Positions 39,751 through 52,695 of a DNA stretch of 64,000 nucleotides are shown here, piece by piece (within the stretch, counting starts at the first letter, position 1; every line of letters begins with the position of its first letter). The translations under genes were made by a program, and so were the position numbers. The stretch covers positions 14,176,812 to 14,240,811 of the forward strand of contig NC_057751.1 of the NCBI RefSeq assembly GCF_004010195.1. Direction: 5' to 3'. The notes beneath the pieces are model-generated. The model was not told the DNA's origin, did no database searches, and saw nothing but the letters and a program-made list of their open reading frames with translations. This stretch comes from Chiloscyllium plagiosum (taxonomy: Eukaryota).

Positions 39751-41225
39751 ATAACGAGGCCTCAACAACCTTCTGTGATAACGAATTCCTCAGATTTTCT
39801 GTCCTCTGAGAGAATTCCTTCTCGTCGCTGTCTTAAATTTGTGACTCCTTGTTCTGAGATTTTGCCCTTTGGTCCTGGACTACCCTCCAAGGGGGAGCCA
39901 TCTTTCCAAATATCAAGTCCTTTAAGAGCTTTGAATGTTTCAATAAGGTTGCTTCTAATTCTTCCAAACTCCACCAAGTGGCAATCCCAATCTATTCAAC
40001 TGTTCCTCAAGACAGTACTCATAACTAGTCTCAACTGAGTGAAACATTCTCTGGACTGTTTCCAATACCAGTACATCTTTTCTTAGGTGAGGGGTCTGTT
40101 GATCCTAGCCCAGCTGTGGTTTGATGATTGCCTTGTATAGCTTTAGTAAGACTTCCCTAATAGTTTAATTAAGACCTCGCTACATTTATATTCCATTTCC
40201 TTTCGAATTAAAGGCCAGTGCTCCAGTTGTCCATTACCTGCTGAACCTGGATGCTAGCTCACTGTGATTCACAGAGGAGGACTCCCAAATCCTTCTGTTC
40301 CAAAGTTTCTGCAGTCTTTCTCACCAAAGCACACACCCTCACATTATATTCCATCCATCACGTTTTTGCCCATTCACTGAATCAGTCTGTACCCTAGTGC
40401 AGCCTGTTTGCCATTGTTACCACTTGCCTTCCCGTCTTTCTCATGTCATCCACAAACTTGTTTATTAGACATTGTCTTCCCTCTTTCAAGTCATTGATTT
40501 TTTTTGTTGTTCCATGTGGCCCCAGAGCAGATTCTTACGGCACTCCCTCGTGACAGATTGTCATCCTGAAAATACCCACTTTAGCCCAACTCTTTGTTTT
40601 GTCTTGATAGCTCATTCTCGATCCGTGCTGATATACAACTCATACACCCGGGACTCTTACTTTTTTATTAAGTAGCCTAATGTGTATTAACTTGGCAAAA
40701 TGAAGTACCCCTCAGGAACGTTTTACAGTGGCAGCCTTTGGAAGTGACAGTGTTAGTTTGTTTTGAAAACACTCTTGTGAAGTGCATTGTGATGTATTAT
40801 CGTACTAAAATGCTTCATAACTTCACATTGTCATTTTTGAGAAACAAGAACTTGCGTTAAGCCTTTAATGTTGTAAGCCATTTGAAATGAATTGAAATAC
40901 ACCAAGGTTTTGGACTGGCGTGAATCGCATTCAAGAGTGCAGAGTTGTGGTAATTGTGGGAACTAGTTCTTGATTGATAGCTATGAGACAGTTGTATATC
41001 TTACTAATTGCTCCTTATGAAAAGCTCTGTTTTACGTGCTGTTGACATGATTACTTGGTGGTTGCAAAATGGACTTTGGCTCAGGCTGCTGTAAAATTTT
41101 CATAAGCTGACAATTGGCAACTGAATTGAATGTTAAACCTAAGTGGACCAGCCAAATAGCACAGAGGACATGGGTCATTGGTCCCTCTTTACTTGGCCAA
41201 TTTTGGGAGGCAGTATGTAGATGGT

Positions 41226-41445
41226 TGAAACTTTATTGCTGGAACAGCACAGCAGGTCAGGCAGCATCCAGGGAACAGGAGATTCGACGTTTCGGGCACA
41301 GGCCCTTCTTCAGCCTGTGATGTATTCGGCCTGTGCCCGAAACGTCGAATCTCCTGTTCCCTGGATGCTGCCTGACCTGCTGTGCTGTTTCAGCAATAAA
41401 GTTTCAACTTTGATCTCCAGCATCTGCAGACCTCACTTTCTCCTC
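41226..41445. mobile_element. Short palindromic Penelope-like insertion with 15-bp TSD
   Basis: Arms 41224-41304 / 41328-41408 with one mismatch; cagtatgtagatggt at 41211-41225 and 41446-41460. Confidence 0.88.
41286..41313 (-). ncRNA. Minimal hammerhead ribozyme core
   Basis: Minus strand CTGAAGA-A-GGGC(ctgt)GCCC-GAAA-CG-TC. Confidence 0.65.
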
Positions 41446-41606
41446 CAGTATGTAGATGGTGCCTAGTGAAACTGTTGGAGATGGGCTGCCTCCATTGAGA
41501 AGGGTGGATGTCGCACGTAGTACAGTTGGACCTCTGTGGCTGAAAAAAGCCAATGTTTTGCAAAATGCTATATATTTACAAGTGGCAAAATCATAAAGAT
41601 GAATAA

Positions 41607-41807
<201 letters not shown>

Positions 41808-43419
41808 TAATCATGGGCCAAGTTTTTCCAGCAATTCTCTGCAGCTGTTCTTTCCTTAAAATCATTTTCTGCAAAAACATATTTTGGTGAATGTAAGGTA
41901 ATGATTCACTGTTCACAAACTGCTCAAATAATGATATTGTTGACAACTGAAAAAAGTGTTGAGAAAGGAAAAATGTTTCCCATCATTCCGGCTCATACAG
42001 AACCCATTTTAAGTATTTCTTAAACAAGTTAAACATTGCATTGAAAACAGAGTGAAACTTGACGTAGTTGACAAGAACAAAGAAAGCAATGTTTGAGAGG
42101 AATTTAAGACAGAACACATTCATGAACAGGCAGGGGATGTAGGGATATGTGCAGGAAGATGGGATGAATTGAAAATGGTCTTGTGGTCAGTACTGTCATG
42201 GCAGACTGAAGGCCTTGTACCTGTACTGTACTGTTCTGTGTTCGACGAAATTGCATGTTTTCGGCTATGGCTATGAAACCATAGTAATCCAGAAATCGGA
42301 ACGAATCATCTGAGGATGTGTTCAAATTCCATAATGGTGGCTTGGAAATGTTTTGTTTGTTGCACAAGTCCTCTGGCTCATGAGTGTTCTTTGGGGAAGT
42401 AAATTAGTCTTGCATCTGGTTCTGGACCACAGGTGGACTACTTCAGTTGACTTTTCAAAATAGTATAGCAAATCGTTTAGTTGAATTCAAGAAAGTAAAT
42501 CAGCACCACTTTCTCCAGTACAATTAGGGATGGGAGTAAATGTTCACCTTGCCAGTGAAATGCACATACCCTGAATAAATTGCAAAAATTCTGTCAAGGA
42601 GTTCTGATTGAATTTGGGAATGTGGTCTTAGATACATTGTACTTTTGGTCGCACTTCTTTTCAGTCCTCCTGAAATTTAATTTGGTTAGTATGAGATGCC
42701 AGTAACTTTTGCTTTTCATGTGACGCTTGAGAAATGGGGTGCAACGTTTAGATTTCTTAGAGTTCATGATGGTAGTTTTTTTTTACCAAACTCTCTGATG
42801 TAAAACCTATGGGATCAAGTAGATTGGTCGTGCACCTCATCATCTCCTTGTACCAATAGACAAGTGAGACCAGAAGACCATTTGCAAGTTAGATGAAAGA
42901 GAACTCTCCTGCGTCACGACAAAGTCAATCGACAATGTGACAATTGTAGACTTTTTCACCAATCAGCAGTATGGAGCACAGTGATTACTGGGAGCTGGCA
43001 CAAGAAGACAAAAATGGGTGTCCAAAAAGGTTTTAACAAGCTGGATCCGATTTAGCCTCTCTGTTCTGACAGGAATTTAATCACCAGGGAGCATGTTGAC
43101 AGACTGAGACAAAAGAAGTAAATGAGAAACACAAAAGTGACTGATTTAACAGAGGTTGGGTGAGAATGTGGAGCAGATTACCAGCGGGGATGGTGGAACA
43201 AGAATCAGTGGCTTCAGGCTGGGAATCGACACCCTGCCATGTCAGTGCTGACCATGATACCATTATGAATTAATACCCCATGGTCCATGTCCCTCTACTC
43301 CCTGCCTGTACATGTGTCTGTCTAAATCCTTCATAAGCATTGCTTTGTTCTTGCTAGCAATGTAAAGCTTCACTCTGCTGAGGATAATGTCAGGGATTCA
43401 GGGCCATACTTTTCCTGTC

Positions 43420-44400
43420 GATATTACTCTGTCATTAGTAGAATCCCGGACAAAACAACTGATTTGATTGACACTTCATCCAGCAACATGATCACTTGCT
43501 CCCTCCCCCCGTCACCAATGCACAGAGGCAGCAGTGTGCTGCATCATCAAGATGCTCTGTAGCAATTCATCAAAACTTCTTCAACTCTAGATTTCAAATC
43601 CATGACTTGTATCCCCTAAAATGACTAAGGCAGCAAATACATTCGACCACCTAACCCTGCAGCGTTCTCACCAAACCACACACTATCCTGATGTAGAAAC
43701 ATGTTGCAGATCAAAATCCTGGGCCTCCTTTTCTGCTTGCATTGTTGAAGGAATGTGGTTAGATTCTCTCTCATGGGAGATGGTCATTTCCTGGTACTTG
43801 TGTGGTGTGAATGTTAAGTTGTCACTTGTCATCCCAAGCCTGGATATCATCCAGGTCTTGTTGCATTTGGATGTAGGCTGTTTAAGAATCTGAGAACTCA
43901 TGAATTATGCGAACCGCTGAGCAATTGTTAACCAGCATCTCCACGTCTGATCTGCGGATGGAGCCAAGGTAATGGATGAAGTAGTTGAACATGTTTGGAC
44001 CTACGACACTACACTGAGGAACTGTAGCAGTGATGTTGTGGAATCCCCAGCAACCACTTGTATCTTTCTTTGTAGTATGACAGCAACAAGAGTTTTTCCT
44101 GTGATGACAGTCGATTCCACTTGTGCTCAAATTCCTTGATAATACACTCTCTGGGATTTACTGCAAGGGCCACCATGAAGCTGTCAAGGATCACTGGAGT
44201 TCACTCTTCAGTCCATGTTTGTGTCGATATCCAATATCTTCATCCATTTCTTAATGTCACATGGAGTAAATCAAATCAGTTGATGACTGGAATCTGTGGT
44301 GCCAGAGACTTCAAGAAGAGACCAAGGTGGATCCTCCACTCTGTATTTCTGACTGAAGATTTTCATTTGAAATCAAGATGGTTAGTGACTGAAAACAGAC
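43420..44400. mobile_element. Degenerate fragments of the second LINE family in both orientations
   Basis: 43440-43750 resembles 20840-21150; 43760-44090 is reverse complementary to 20310-20570. Confidence 0.6.
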
Positions 44401-44571
44401 TAGAGAATGCATTCTAGCTCTGTTTCTGTGTGATCCAAAGTCACATAGTGACATCACCTTGAATTGAATGCCAGGGATCAATGACACGTGTCAGCAAGAA
44501 AAATGAAGCTTTTGGAACAACCGTCCTGCAAAAGAAAGCTGCTCTTAAGATTGTACCTCATCTAGTTTTGT

Positions 44572-44890
44572 GGGCGGCACGGTGCCACAGTGGTTAGCAC
44601 TACTGCCTCTCAGCGCCAGAGACCTGGGTTCAATTCCCACCTCAGGCGACTGTCCGTGTGGAGTTTGCACATTCTCCCCGTGTCTGCATGGGATTCCTCC
44701 GGGTGCTCCGGTTTCCTCCCACAGTCCAAAGATGTGCAGGTCAGGTGAATTGGCCATGCTAAATTGCCCATAGTGTTAGGTGAAGGGGTAAATGTAGGAG
44801 TATGGGTCTGAGTGGTATACGCTTCTGCGGGTCGGTGTGGACCTGTTGGGCCGAAGGGCCTGTTTCCACACTGTAAGTAATCCAATCTAA
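44572..44890 (+). mobile_element. HE1-like V-SINE, full length
   Basis: gggcggcacggtg..cagtggttagcac A-box, ggttcaattccc B-box, V-domain, tail gggccgaagggcctgtttccacactgt(aatct)n; possible TSD atctagttt. Confidence 0.92.
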
Positions 44891-45188
44891 TCTAGTTTGA
44901 GTTGTATGATTCTGTGACTCAAGGGCTTATTTTTTGAGGAGCAGTTGAGTACTCTCTGTACGTGATGGAGTTTAGTAGGATTGGTGGTGGGGGGGAGATC
45001 TTGTCGAAACTTCTGGAATACTGAGAGGCCGAGGAATACAATGCATGGTAGAAGAATGTAAGGAGTCATTTTATAGACTAAACAGGCAGTTAATTTTGTT
45101 AGCTTTAAACATGAATTTCTTTGGTTGACACAACACAAACTTCCAACCGGACAGATATTCATTATTTTGTTTATTGCTTCCATCACAG

Positions 45189-45321
45189 GCATGTGGGTGT
45201 GTCAGATTTGTCGGCCACGGAAGAAGGGAAGAAAACTGTTACACAAGAAAGCGGTACAGATTAAACGGCGCTACGCAACAGCAATAGGGCATTCGAAAAA
45301 TAGATTAAAGAATAAGACAGT
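45189..45321 (+). CDS. KAT6A: KAT6A internal coding exon (133 nt), PHD2 end and basic region
   Basis: Acceptor ttccatcacag, donor GT|gtaagt. (G)[43 protein letters not shown](V). Confidence 0.95.
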
Positions 45322-45619
45322 GTAAGTATTTCATAAGATGAATTCTTGTCTGGCATTGTTTTGCAATTGACCTCTGAACTTGTGCCAAGGATAAACAATA
45401 TGCAAAGGATGATGTGTTAATAGAGCAAGTAATGAAGGTTCAAAGGGAAGCAGCTGGTGGCTGTTGATTAGTTGACTGGAACTGGGTATTTGAGATACAG
45501 TTGATAGACTCCTTGCACAGGGGAAGTTTATGTCTCTCACATCTGTTTTGAACACATGAACACAATGGACTTAATCACAATGGCAGGAACGTACTTATTG
45601 GAGTTAAAGCTATGAATAA

Positions 45620-45970
45620 GGTGGCTGCACGGTGGCTCGTTGGTAAGCACTGCTGCCTCGTAGCACCAGAGACCCGAGTTCAATTCCAGTGTTGGGCAAC
45701 TGTCTGTGTGGAGTTTGAACGTTCTCCGTGTCTGTGTGGGTTTTCACCGGGTGTTCTGGTTTCCTCCCACAGTCCAATGATGTGCAGGTTGGGTGGATTG
45801 GTAATGCTAAATTACCCCATCATGTCCAGGGATTGGTTAGGTGGATTAGCCATGGTGGTTTTCAGGGATAAGGTAAGGGGATAAGTCTGGGTGGGATGCT
45901 CCTCAGAGAGTTGGTGTGGACTTATTGGGCCAAATGGCCTGTTTCCACACTAGGGATGCTATGATTCTGA
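45620..45970 (+). mobile_element. HE1-like V-SINE, diverged
   Basis: Colinear with 44572-44890. Confidence 0.85.
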
Positions 45971-46104
45971 GGTACAATTGGTGGTTTCTTTGATCTGAGA
46001 CTGCGAACTTTGATTGAGTGTAATTCTGTAGATTGAGAGATGGATCATGTAGTCTTTCAACATTGGTACCTCTGCTGTAATGATGCACTGTTATAAATTA
46101 GTGA

Positions 46105-46475
46105 GGGTGGCATAGTGGTACTGCCATTGATCAAGTAATCCTGAAATTTAGGATAAATATTTGGGGAGATGGATTTACATCCCACCATGGCAGCTGATGA
46201 AATTTATGTTCACTTCATGAAAAATCTGAAAGCCAGTGTTAGTAATGGTGGCATGAAACTCATGGAATGTTGTTTAAAAACTCACTGGTTTACTCCTGTG
46301 CTTTGGGGAAGGAAATCTGCAATCCTTATGTGGTCTGACCTCCAGACGTAGAATATGGTTGCCTTGAAACTTCTGTCTGAAATGGACTCCCAAATCACTC
46401 TGTTCAGGGACAAGGAGGGTGGCACAAACTGCTGGCTTTGCTGGCAACACCCACGTCCAATGAAGGAATAAGGAA
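46105..46475 (+). mobile_element. tRNA-derived SINE (second family)
   Basis: gggtggcatagtggta head; body shared with 13893 and 6595. Confidence 0.75.
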
Positions 46476-46642
46476 AACAAGTCGTCACTTGTTGCTTAGA
46501 ATGTAATGACTTTTGATCTTTGTTTCGGTGTTTTAATGTCATAACATTAGCTCCAAGGATATTTTCTTAGTGCATCCCATTTTTCATTTAAATCCATGGT
46601 GACATGATTTGAAAGTGAGCTGTGCACAAACTTAGAAACTAA

Positions 46643-46925
46643 GGGCGGCATGGTGGTTTAGTGGTAACCACTTCAGCCTCACTGAGCCAGGAACCTGGGT
46701 TCGATTCCAGCCTTGGGTGACTGTCTCTGTGGAGTGTTCAAGTTCTCCCTGTATCTGTTTGTTTCTTCCAGCTGTCCAAAGACGCACAGGTTGGGTGCAT
46801 TGGCAAAGGGAAATGCAGGGATAGTGGAGGGCCAGTAGGTCTGGGTGGGATGCTCTTTGGCGGGTCAGTGTGGACTCAATAGGCTGAATGGCCTGAATCC
46901 ACACTGTAGGGATTCTGTGATTCAA
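46643..46925 (+). mobile_element. HE1-like V-SINE, diverged
   Basis: gggcggcatggtgg head, ggttcgattcc B-box, ccacactgtagggattct tail. Confidence 0.85.
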
Positions 46926-47094
46926 ATGCTGTGATAAGAGCAGAAGTGGACTATTCAGTACTATGAACTTGGCCCACCATTCATTTGGATCATAGTTGAT
47001 CCTCTTATTGAGATACCAATCTCTAACTTCATATGCAAGACAAACAAAAGCTGCTGGAAAAGCTCAGCACGTCTGATAGTATCTGTGAAATCAG

Positions 47095-47132
47095 AGTTAA
47101 CATTTCGAATCTGGTGACCCTTCCTCAGAACT
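47095..47132 (-). ncRNA. Minimal type-I hammerhead-like motif in a Penelope pLTR fragment (47040-47132)
   Basis: Minus strand AGTT-CTGAGGA-A-GGGTC(acca)GATTC-GAAA-TG-TT-AACT; AGTT/AACT can form stem I. Confidence 0.55.
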
Positions 47133-47149
47133 TTATGTGTCACTTTCTT

Positions 47150-47680
47150 GAATATATTTACAGTGTTTTGTGGTTGAAAATTTCACAGATTCACTGTGCC
47201 CGCTGAGTGATGAAGTGGTTCTTCATCTCAGTCCTAAATGGTCTCCTCATTATCCTGAAACTCTGACCCCTGGTTCTAGACTCACGAACCGGGGAAACAT
47301 CCTCCCTACATCTCGTCTGTCCAACCCTGTTAGCATTTTGTACGTTTCAATCAGATTCCCTCTCATCCTTTTGAACTGCCCAGCTGAACCAACTCAGGAC
47401 AGTCCTGCCATTCTGGCTATCAGTCTGACGAATCTCTGCTTTACACCCTCCTTGCCAAATATATCCTTTCTCAGATGAGATCAAAACTGCATGCAGTACT
47501 CCTGGTGTGGTATCACCAAGGCCCTCTTCTGAATGCTAAATCTGCTGCAGTGAAGACTATTATACGATTTGATTTGCCACTTCCTTGCTGCACATACCTG
47601 TCTCCTTTCATGGACTGGTGTATGAGGTCACCAAGATTGTTTTATACATGCACACATCTCAACATATCACTGTTTAAATA
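47150..47680 (-). mobile_element. Old CR1 3' fragment
   Basis: Reverse complement resembles 12700-13200 (tctagaaccaggggtcagagt, ggagtactgcatgcagttttg). Confidence 0.7.
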
Positions 47681-48559
47681 AAACTGTTCAAGTAATTATT
47701 ATCAGGAAGAAAATTTTCATACCTAAGCCATCACAACCCTGAACTGTGTGTACATTATCAGACCGCTGGCTTCGCTTTGAACAATGTTTCGTTCACGTTC
47801 AGTATTGTGAAGAGCAAAGCTATTGTCTGTGATCCACACGACAAACCACATGCCCTTGACACTGGCTCAACCCCTGGCAGTCATCCAAATCAGAAGCAGA
47901 ATTTTCTTGACCTTGATGAAATATTTGTCCCTGAGAAGACCTTCCTCCCACTTCTCCATGCCATGACTTGAAATACTTATTTCCACCAGCTCAACATCTC
48001 CTGAGTGCACCATTGCCTCAGCTTATCTGCTGATGGTAATGGAGTTCTCTTGTGTTCAGTATTCGGATCTTTGCTCTTCCTAATCGACATGAATGAGCTC
48101 GATCTTGAGGCACATATCCTTCCTCGGCCAGCTCTGGCATTGTGAGAATTCATGATTTTGATTACTGTACTGTTGGCAGATGTGCCTTCAGCAGTCAAGG
48201 TGCTTTCAGCTTTAGTTGCTTTGACACTGAAGGTGCTGCTTTTTGACCAAGCATATCACTATTTGGTCTGATGGCTTGCTTTGTGATGGTGTCAGGTTTT
48301 TTTAATGTATCATTGTGATGCACCTTGTGACATGTTGTGAAGTTAAAGAGACTGCATAGATGCAAGTTGTTGGTGAACCACTTCTGCGAGCAACATCGTA
48401 CAAAATGCACAGGTTGGACCTTGAAGTTCAACGGTATGGAAATGAAGTAATTTTTGTGCTGTACTTGGTCTTGCATAGATTCTGTTCGAAAGTATAGGGA
48501 GGCATGGAGTCATATACATAGCTTTTTTCCTGTTTAACCTATTTTTCTATTCAATCTGT

Positions 48560-48767
48560 TGAGAGATGTTAGTACACCCCTCTGGAGCAGGTAGGACTTG
48601 AGTCCAGGGGCAGGGACACTCCCACTGCACCACAAGAGTGCCCTTAAACAATTTTTAATGGGCCTGTTCAGAACGCTAACGACACACCTCAAGAGCAGGT
48701 AGCACCTGAACTAGAGCCTCATGACTCAGAGGAGAAGATGCTGCCACTGCACCACAAGAGGGCTCCC
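48560..48767 (-). repeat. Two tRNA-like SINE units directly downstream of the 5S sequence
   Basis: Both contain ccactgcaccacaagag (48622-48638, 48744-48760) and gagcaggtag; related units at 4673-4790 and 24325-24440. Confidence 0.65.
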
Positions 48768-48885
48768 AAAGCCAACGGCCGCTGGTTTTCCCAGGTGGTT
48801 CTCCCATCCAAGTACTAACTAGGCCTGGGTCTGCTGAGCTTCGGAGATCAGACGAGATCAGGGGTTTTCAGTCTAGTCTGGCCAT
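48768..48885 (-). pseudogene. 5S rRNA-derived sequence (pseudogene or SINE head)
   Basis: Reverse complement contains ctgatctcgtctgatctccgaagctcagcag and ttagtacttggatgggagaaccacctgggaa, a near full-length diverged 5S. Confidence 0.85.
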
Positions 48886-48989
48886 TTTCCGTATATTCAT
48901 CGCCTGTGTGGTGATGACTTGCAGCTGTTTCCACTGGGACTAGCTAATTCCTAATTGGAGGCTTATCCAAATTCCAACATGTTTTGCTA

Positions 48990-51900
48990 AAGCAAATTTG
49001 TTTCAGGAGGCGGTCACACTTGGTCGATTAAGTACTTCAAATGCAGGCACTGATCAGAGATAGGGTGTGAGGCAGGTAGGGGGATCCTGAGTTCAGGAAT
49101 GAAGGAGCTTCAGCTCTTGACCTTGCCAACAGATATGCTTTCTGTGTGGATGAGGAAAAGGGCTACTGACCATGGCACCAGGATGCAGGAGGCCATTCAA
49201 GAGGGAGGGAGTGAAAAGACACGTGATAGTTGTCGGGGACTCCATATTTAGGGTGATTGATAGCATCGTTAGTAAGCAGGATTGAGAGTCGTGCATGGTG
49301 TTTTGCCTGCCCATTGCCAGGGTGCAAGACATCTCTGACCAGTTTGAAAGGATATTGGAGTGGGAGGGCGAAGATCCAGTTGTTGTGGTCCACGTTGGGG
49401 CAAACAACAGACACAAGGCTAGGTCGGAGGACCTGTTTGGGGGTTATCAAGCACGAGGAACAAAATTAAGGAATAGGTCCTCTAGGGTTATAACCTCCAG
49501 ATTACTATCCAAGCCATGTGCAAATTGCCTTAGGGATAAGAAAATCATGGAAGTGCACACGTGGCTAAAGGAGTGATGTGGGAAAGAGGGGTTTCATTTC
49601 ATGGAGCATTAGCCTTGGTTTTGGAACAGGAGGGATCTGTACCGGTGGGATGGTTTCTATCTGAACGGATGTGGAGCCAATGTTCTTGCGAAAAGGTTAA
49701 ATAGGGTGGTCACTCTGACTTTAACCGACTGAATCCGGGGAGAAGGGAAGGGGAAAATGACAGGAAGTAGGATGGTAAATGGATAGGTAAGCAGCAGGTG
49801 TGAGGAACTGTTTAACTGCATGGCAGACTATGAAGGAAGTGAAAAGGAAGGATTACTCGGGGATATTATTGATGGAGATATTGGAATTCATAAAGAGGGT
49901 ACAAAAGTTAACATAAGGGCACTTTCTCTGAATGCTCGTAGCATCCGTAACAGTTAACGGCACAAATCATCGTGAATGAATGTGATTTAGCCATTGCGGA
50001 GACATGGTTACAGGAAGGTCATGACTGGGAGTTAAATATCCAGGGGTATCAGACTGTTCAGAAGGACAGGCAGGAAGTTAAGTTAAGGGAGGTGTTGGAG
50101 CTGTGATATTTCAGGACGACATTAGAGCGGTGGTGAGAGATGATTTAGGTTCTATGGAGAATAAAGTTGAATCCATGAGGGTGGAAATGATAAATTCCGA
50201 GAAGAAAAAGTCACTGATAGGTGTAGTCTATACGTCACCAAATAATAACATCACGTTGGGGCAGACACTCAACAAAGGAATAACTAATACCTGTTAAAAA
50301 TTGTACAGCAATTATCATGGGAGATTTTAATCGACATGTCCATTGGTCAAATCAACTCGGTAGCGGTTGAGGAGGAGTTCATTGAGTGTATCAGCGTTAG
50401 TTTTCTTGAACAGTATGCAATGGAACCTTCAAGGGAGCCAGCGGTCCGAGATGTGGTCCAGTGTAAGGAGACAGGAATAATTAATGATGTCATAGTTGGA
50501 GATCCCCTTGGAAGGAGTGATCACAGTATGGTCAAATTTAGAATACAGATGAAAGTGCGAAGATAATACAATGCCGGAGTCCTGTGCTTACACAAAAGAG
50601 ACCACAATAGGATAAGGGAGGAGTTGGCTAAAGTAGACTGGGAAGCAAAGGCTTTGTGGTGGGACCGTTGACAAACAGTGGAGGACTTTGAAAGCAAAGT
50701 TTCAAAGTGCTCCGCAAATGTAAATACCAGTAACAAGGAAGGACTGGAGGAGTAGGGGTAATCTGCCATGGGTGTCCAAGGAAATAGGGGGGGCTATCAA
50801 ATTGAAAGGGAAGGCATACAAAGTGCCAAGATCAGTGGGAAACTAGAAGATTGGGAAGGCTTTAAAGGTCAACAGAAAGCCATGGAAAAAAAAGCTATAA
50901 GTAAAAGTAAGATGGATTAGGAGAATAAGCTAGCTGAGAATACGAAGACAGATTGCAAATGTTTCTATGAATATATAAAGTGAAAAAGAGTGGCTAAAGC
51001 AAACATTGGTCCGTTAAAGGATGAGATAGGGAATTTAGTAATGGACTATAAGGAAATAGCAGAAGCATTGAGCGGGTATTTTGTGTCGGTCTTCATAGTG
51101 GAAGACACGACTAACGTGAGGACCTGGAAACAATCATCACCAAAGAGGTAGTGTTCGCTAAGGTAATGGAGCTAAGGGTCTGCAATCCATCCCAAGGTGC
51201 GAAAAGAGATGGCAGGAGAAATAGCAAATGCACTTGTAATTTTCCAAACTTCACTGGATTCTGGCACAGTTCCAGCAGCTGGGAAAGCAGCAGATGTGAT
51301 GCCAATGTTTAAAAAAGGTGGTGGACAAAAGATGGGGAATTATAGACTGGTTCGCTTAACGTCTGTAGTAGGGAAAATGCGTGAGTCTGTTAGCAAGGAA
51401 GAAATAGTGAGGCATCTCGTTAGAAATTGTCCCCTTGGGCAGACACAGCATGGGTTCATGAAGAGCAGGTCATGCTTAACAAATGTACTGGGATTCTATG
51501 AAGAAATTATGAGCACCTTGAACAACAGGGGTCCAGTAGATGTGGTGTATCTAGATTTCCAAAAGGCATTTGACAAGGTGCTGCACAAAAGGCTGCTGCA
51601 TAAGATGGATGCATAACATTACAAGCAATGTATTAGCATGGATAGAGGATTGGCTAACAGGAATCAAAGAATGGGAATAAACATGTGCTATTCTGTTGAC
51701 ATTCAGTGACTAATGGTGTGCCTCAGGGATCAGTGTGAGGAACACAATTATTCACAACTTACACAGATGATTTGGAGTCGAGGACCACGTGTAGTGTGTC
51801 AAAGTTTGTGCATGACGCTAAGATGAGTGGTACAGCAAAGTGTACAGAGGACTGTGAAACTTCACAAAGGGACATGGTTTGTGAGTGGGCAAAGGTCTGA

Positions 51901-52695
51901 CCGATGGAGTACAATGTTAATAAATGTGCAGTCATCCATTTCGGGAGGAATGACCGTAAAAAGGATCTGATTGGTTTCAAAAAATGTTCATGCTGCTATG
52001 CAGAGGGACCTGGGTGTCCTTGTGCATGAATCGCGCAAGGTTGGTCTGCAAATGGAACAGGTAATTAAGAAGACAAATGGAATTTTGTCCTTCATTGCTC
52101 AAGGGATTGAGTTTAAAAGCAGGGAGGTTATGTTGCACCTGTACAAGGTGCTGGTGAGGCCACACCTGGAGTACTGTGTGCAAGTTTGGTCTCCTTACCT
52201 GTGCAAGGATGGACAGGCACTGAAGGGGCTGCAGAGGAGGTTCACTCGGTAGGTTCAGGAGGTTGGCTTATGAGGCGGGGCTGAGTAGATTGGGGTTATA
52301 TTCATTGGAATTCAGAAGAATGAGTGCTATTTTACAGAGACACACAAAGCTTTGAAGAGAATAGACAGAATAGAAGGAGAGAGGATGTTTGCACTGGCAG
52401 GCGAAACGAGGACATAGCCTCAAAATTAGGGGGAGGATAGATTTCAGACTGAATTGAGAAGGAACTTCTTCACCCAGAGGGTTGTGAATCTGTGGAATTC
52501 CCTGCCCAGTGAAGGAGTTGAGGCTTCCTCAGTAGGTGTCTTTAAAGCTAAGATAATCTTTTGAACAGTAAAGGGATTAAAGGTTGTGGTGAGTATGCGG
52601 GTAAGTGGAGCTGAGGCCACAAAAAGATCAGCCATGATCTTAGTGAATGGCAGAACACACTCGAAGGGCCAAATGGCCTACTCCTCCCAGTTATT
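48990..52695 (+). mobile_element. Near full-length degenerate CR1 LINE with ORF1 SGNH/GDSL esterase, APE and RT
   Basis: ORF1 VIVVGDS...CLPIARVQDI...VVVHVGAN; APE LNARSIRN, AETWL, MGDFN, SDH; RT NYRLVRLTSVVGK, YLDFQKAFDKV, LVRPHLEYCVQ; 3' UTR gggccaaatggcctactcct. Confidence 0.92.

Larger units (their letters stand above)
34800..40690 (-). mobile_element. Old CR1 fragment split by the Gypsy element (34800-34877 plus 39751-40690)
   Basis: ccttgattccct...aatctgtctatc.cagtcttga continues after the element as gaggcctcaacaacc...gaattcctcagatt, matching the reverse complement of 52480-52590. Confidence 0.8.

Noticed and set aside
44572..44650. tRNA genes at SINE heads
   Set aside because: A and B boxes continue directly into SINE bodies; no complete cloverleaf.
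48768..48885. Functional 5S rRNA gene
   Set aside because: Many substitutions, eroded 5' end, no proper oligo-T terminator, not in a tandem array.
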